From the NCBI GenBank assembly GCA_965249485.1, contig OZ252239.1, positions 832,001 to 896,000 on the forward strand: DNA of 64,000 bases. Direction: 5' to 3'. A program made the translations under genes and the position numbers. This document shows positions 62,080 through 64,000 of the stretch, piece after piece. How positions within the stretch are numbered: position 1 is the first letter of the stretch; every line of letters begins with the position of its first letter. This DNA comes from a bacterium. Its GTDB lineage: Bacteria; SM23-31. The notes beneath the pieces are model-generated. The model worked only from the letters and a program-made list of their open reading frames with translations, was not told the DNA's origin and did no database searches.

Positions 62080-63771
62080 TTATTGTTCGTGTTTGATAAC
62101 GGTACCGGGACGCGCTCCGGTCATATATCCATTTTCGATTACAAATTTGCCATTGACGAGCATATAATCAATTCCTTCTGCGTATCTGAGAGGGTCGGTA
62201 AATGTTGCGCGGTCCTGAATCATCTCCGGATCAAATATAACGATATCAGCCGCGTATCCGGGATTGATTTGCCCGCGGTCTCCCAGTTTGAGAATCCGTG
62301 CCGGAAGCGAAGTCATTTTTCTAACAGCTACCTCAAGGCTGATGATTTGTTTTTCCCGGACATAGTGTGCAAGCACTCTCGGAAACGTCCCAAATGCACG
62401 AGGATGTGCACTTGTTGTTGATTCGGGATTGATCGGAGAAGCATCGTTGTCGAAGCATATAAAATCCGCCCGCAACGCAAGATGTTTCTGCTCCTCATTC
62501 ATGCTTTCCGGTGCTACACCTGTCCCGGCAATGACAAGGTCAAAAAACATATCCCAAACATTAACACCATTTTTAATGGCCGATTCTTCAATCGATAACC
62601 CGACCAGGCTTTCAAACTGCTCATCATTGACGCCGGTAATCAGAACTTTATTCCAGTCACTGCCGGTTTGCCGGTATGAATTCTCCTAGTCTGATGTAGT
62701 CTCGATTTCCTGTCTGATTTCCTGCCGGAAATTCGGTTCATTTAATTGTCCGAAGAGCGCATCCTCTCCGCTCGTAAACCTGTCGGGATGGATAAACGCG
62801 CTGAGTCCAAGTTGGCTCCTGATATAGGGATAAATGTCCGCGGTAATATCAAAGCCGTCCCGCCGGGCATCGGAAATTTTCTGCAGCGCCTGTTCCATGA
62901 GCGGCCAGTTTTCCTGTCCCGCAGCTTTCAGATGAAAAATGTGACCCGGTAATCCTGCTACACTGCTGATACGAATTACCTCATCGACAGCTTCAAGCAG
63001 GCTGCCGCTTTCATTCCGCATGTGAGATAAATATATTCCACCATGCTCAGCGGCTGTGCGTGCAAGTTCGGTAATTTCTTCAGTTGAAGCGAATGCACCG
63101 GGAGGATAAATCAACGCGGTTGAAAGTCCGACAGCACCGTCTCTCATTGCATTGGAAACAAGCTCTTTCATCCTCTCCAACTCGCCGTGAGTCGGTTCCT
63201 GGTCTCTTTCACCGATCACGATCCGCCGGACCTGGCTTGAACCGACCGTATGGAGTACGTTCAGTGCAATGCCTTTCTTCTCAAGCAGTGGAAAGTATTC
63301 TGAATACGTTGACCAGGTTTCGTCGACACTGCGGTACTCGCTATTGGTGCTTGCTTCGGAGCGGGGTGCAACGGTTGTACCTTCACCGACAAGCATCGTC
63401 GTTATTCCCTGGCGGAGTTTACTTTCAGCAGTAACTGGATCGCTGAGGAGTGGCACACTGCTGCCGCCCATCATATCGATAAAACCGGGTGCGGCAACCC
63501 TGCGGTTAGCATCGATTACCATTCCTGCAATTGCGTCGGGAAGCATGCCAATTTCAGTAATTATCTCATCCTTGACTGCAATATCGGCTATATAACCTGC
63601 TCCTCCTGTTCCGTCGATTACGAATTCGTTCTTGATGATAACGTCAAAATCATATGATGATGAGCAGTTGAAAAATAATCCGCCAATTAGAATGAGCATG
63701 AGAATTGATGTTGAAGAAAATGGTATTTTTCTTCTAAAATTCATTCGATTCATTTTTTTCCAGTGTATCAA
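62080..63771 (-). pseudogene. N-acyl-D-amino-acid deacylase (D-aminoacylase) interrupted by in-frame TAG at 62688-62686
   Basis: IDGTG, APGFID, GLSTALIYPPG, SHMRNE, HPRAFGTFPR; frame stays open across TSD*ENSY into ORF 62080..62550. Confidence 0.8.
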
Positions 63772-63922
63772 TTATAGATATGTCATGAGGATAGTGAAAC
63801 AAAAGATATACTTTGCAGTATATGATAGCAAGACAATTATAAACTCCTTGCTATAATGAGTCATCTGCTCTATCTTTTAATAACTTTTAAAAATATTCTC
63901 ATAGATGATTTCGGTGGATTAA

Positions 63923-64000
63923 ATGAAATTTAAAGTAGGACAGCTTGTCCATCACAAATTATTCGGATACAGAGGGGTGATTTTCGGAGCTGATCCCAAA
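63923..64000 (+). CDS. hspQ: Heat shock protein HspQ / YccV-like, 3'-partial
   Basis: MKFKVGQLVHHKLFGYRGVIFGADP matches the YccV/HspQ N-terminus. Confidence 0.8.
   Translation, partial: MKFKVGQLVHHKLFGYRGVIFGADPK

Noticed and set aside
62686..62688. In-frame TAG as pyrrolysine or amber recoding
   Set aside because: The position most likely corresponds to Trp (TGG to TAG), no pyl genes or methyltransferase context, and other genes here use TAG as a normal stop.
1..64000. Global UGA reassignment (genetic code 4/25)
   Set aside because: Many genes end at TGA at expected positions and Trp is TGG; the two readthrough candidates sit at Cys-type redox positions.

Overview
Chromosomal window of a Gram-negative bacterium (OmpA, porin-like barrel, many Sec/Tat/lipoprotein signals). 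No rRNA, tRNA, CRISPR array or intact mobile element was seen. Main content: (1) a Rieske / cytochrome b6-type / subunit IV / octaheme cytochrome c operon, facing a convergent cluster of membrane, blue-copper-like, ferredoxin and Zn-ribbon genes; (2) an ECF sigma / ZAS anti-sigma / ABC exporter locus whose promoter motif recurs before an amidohydrolase; (3) two more NapC/NirT-type multiheme cytochromes (ImcH-like 7-heme and a 6-heme); (4) many exported peptidases and amidohydrolases; (5) a Tat-lipoprotein Fe/Mn SOD with an internal RBS, then a DtxR-box-preceded di-heme oxidoreductase / Rieske / porin operon; (6) thyX, OmpA, DUF885, GGT-like, aldolase-SDR and partial hspQ. Two probable selenoproteins are missed by the ORF track because of in-frame UGA: an exported deiodinase-like protein (GACT-U-PP) upstream of the hexaheme cytochrome, and an ArsC-like UxxC protein. 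Five genes carry single frameshifts or nonsense codons (sequencing error or decay), and there are several duplication/deletion scars. All family assignments are from motif recognition only; no database search was run.
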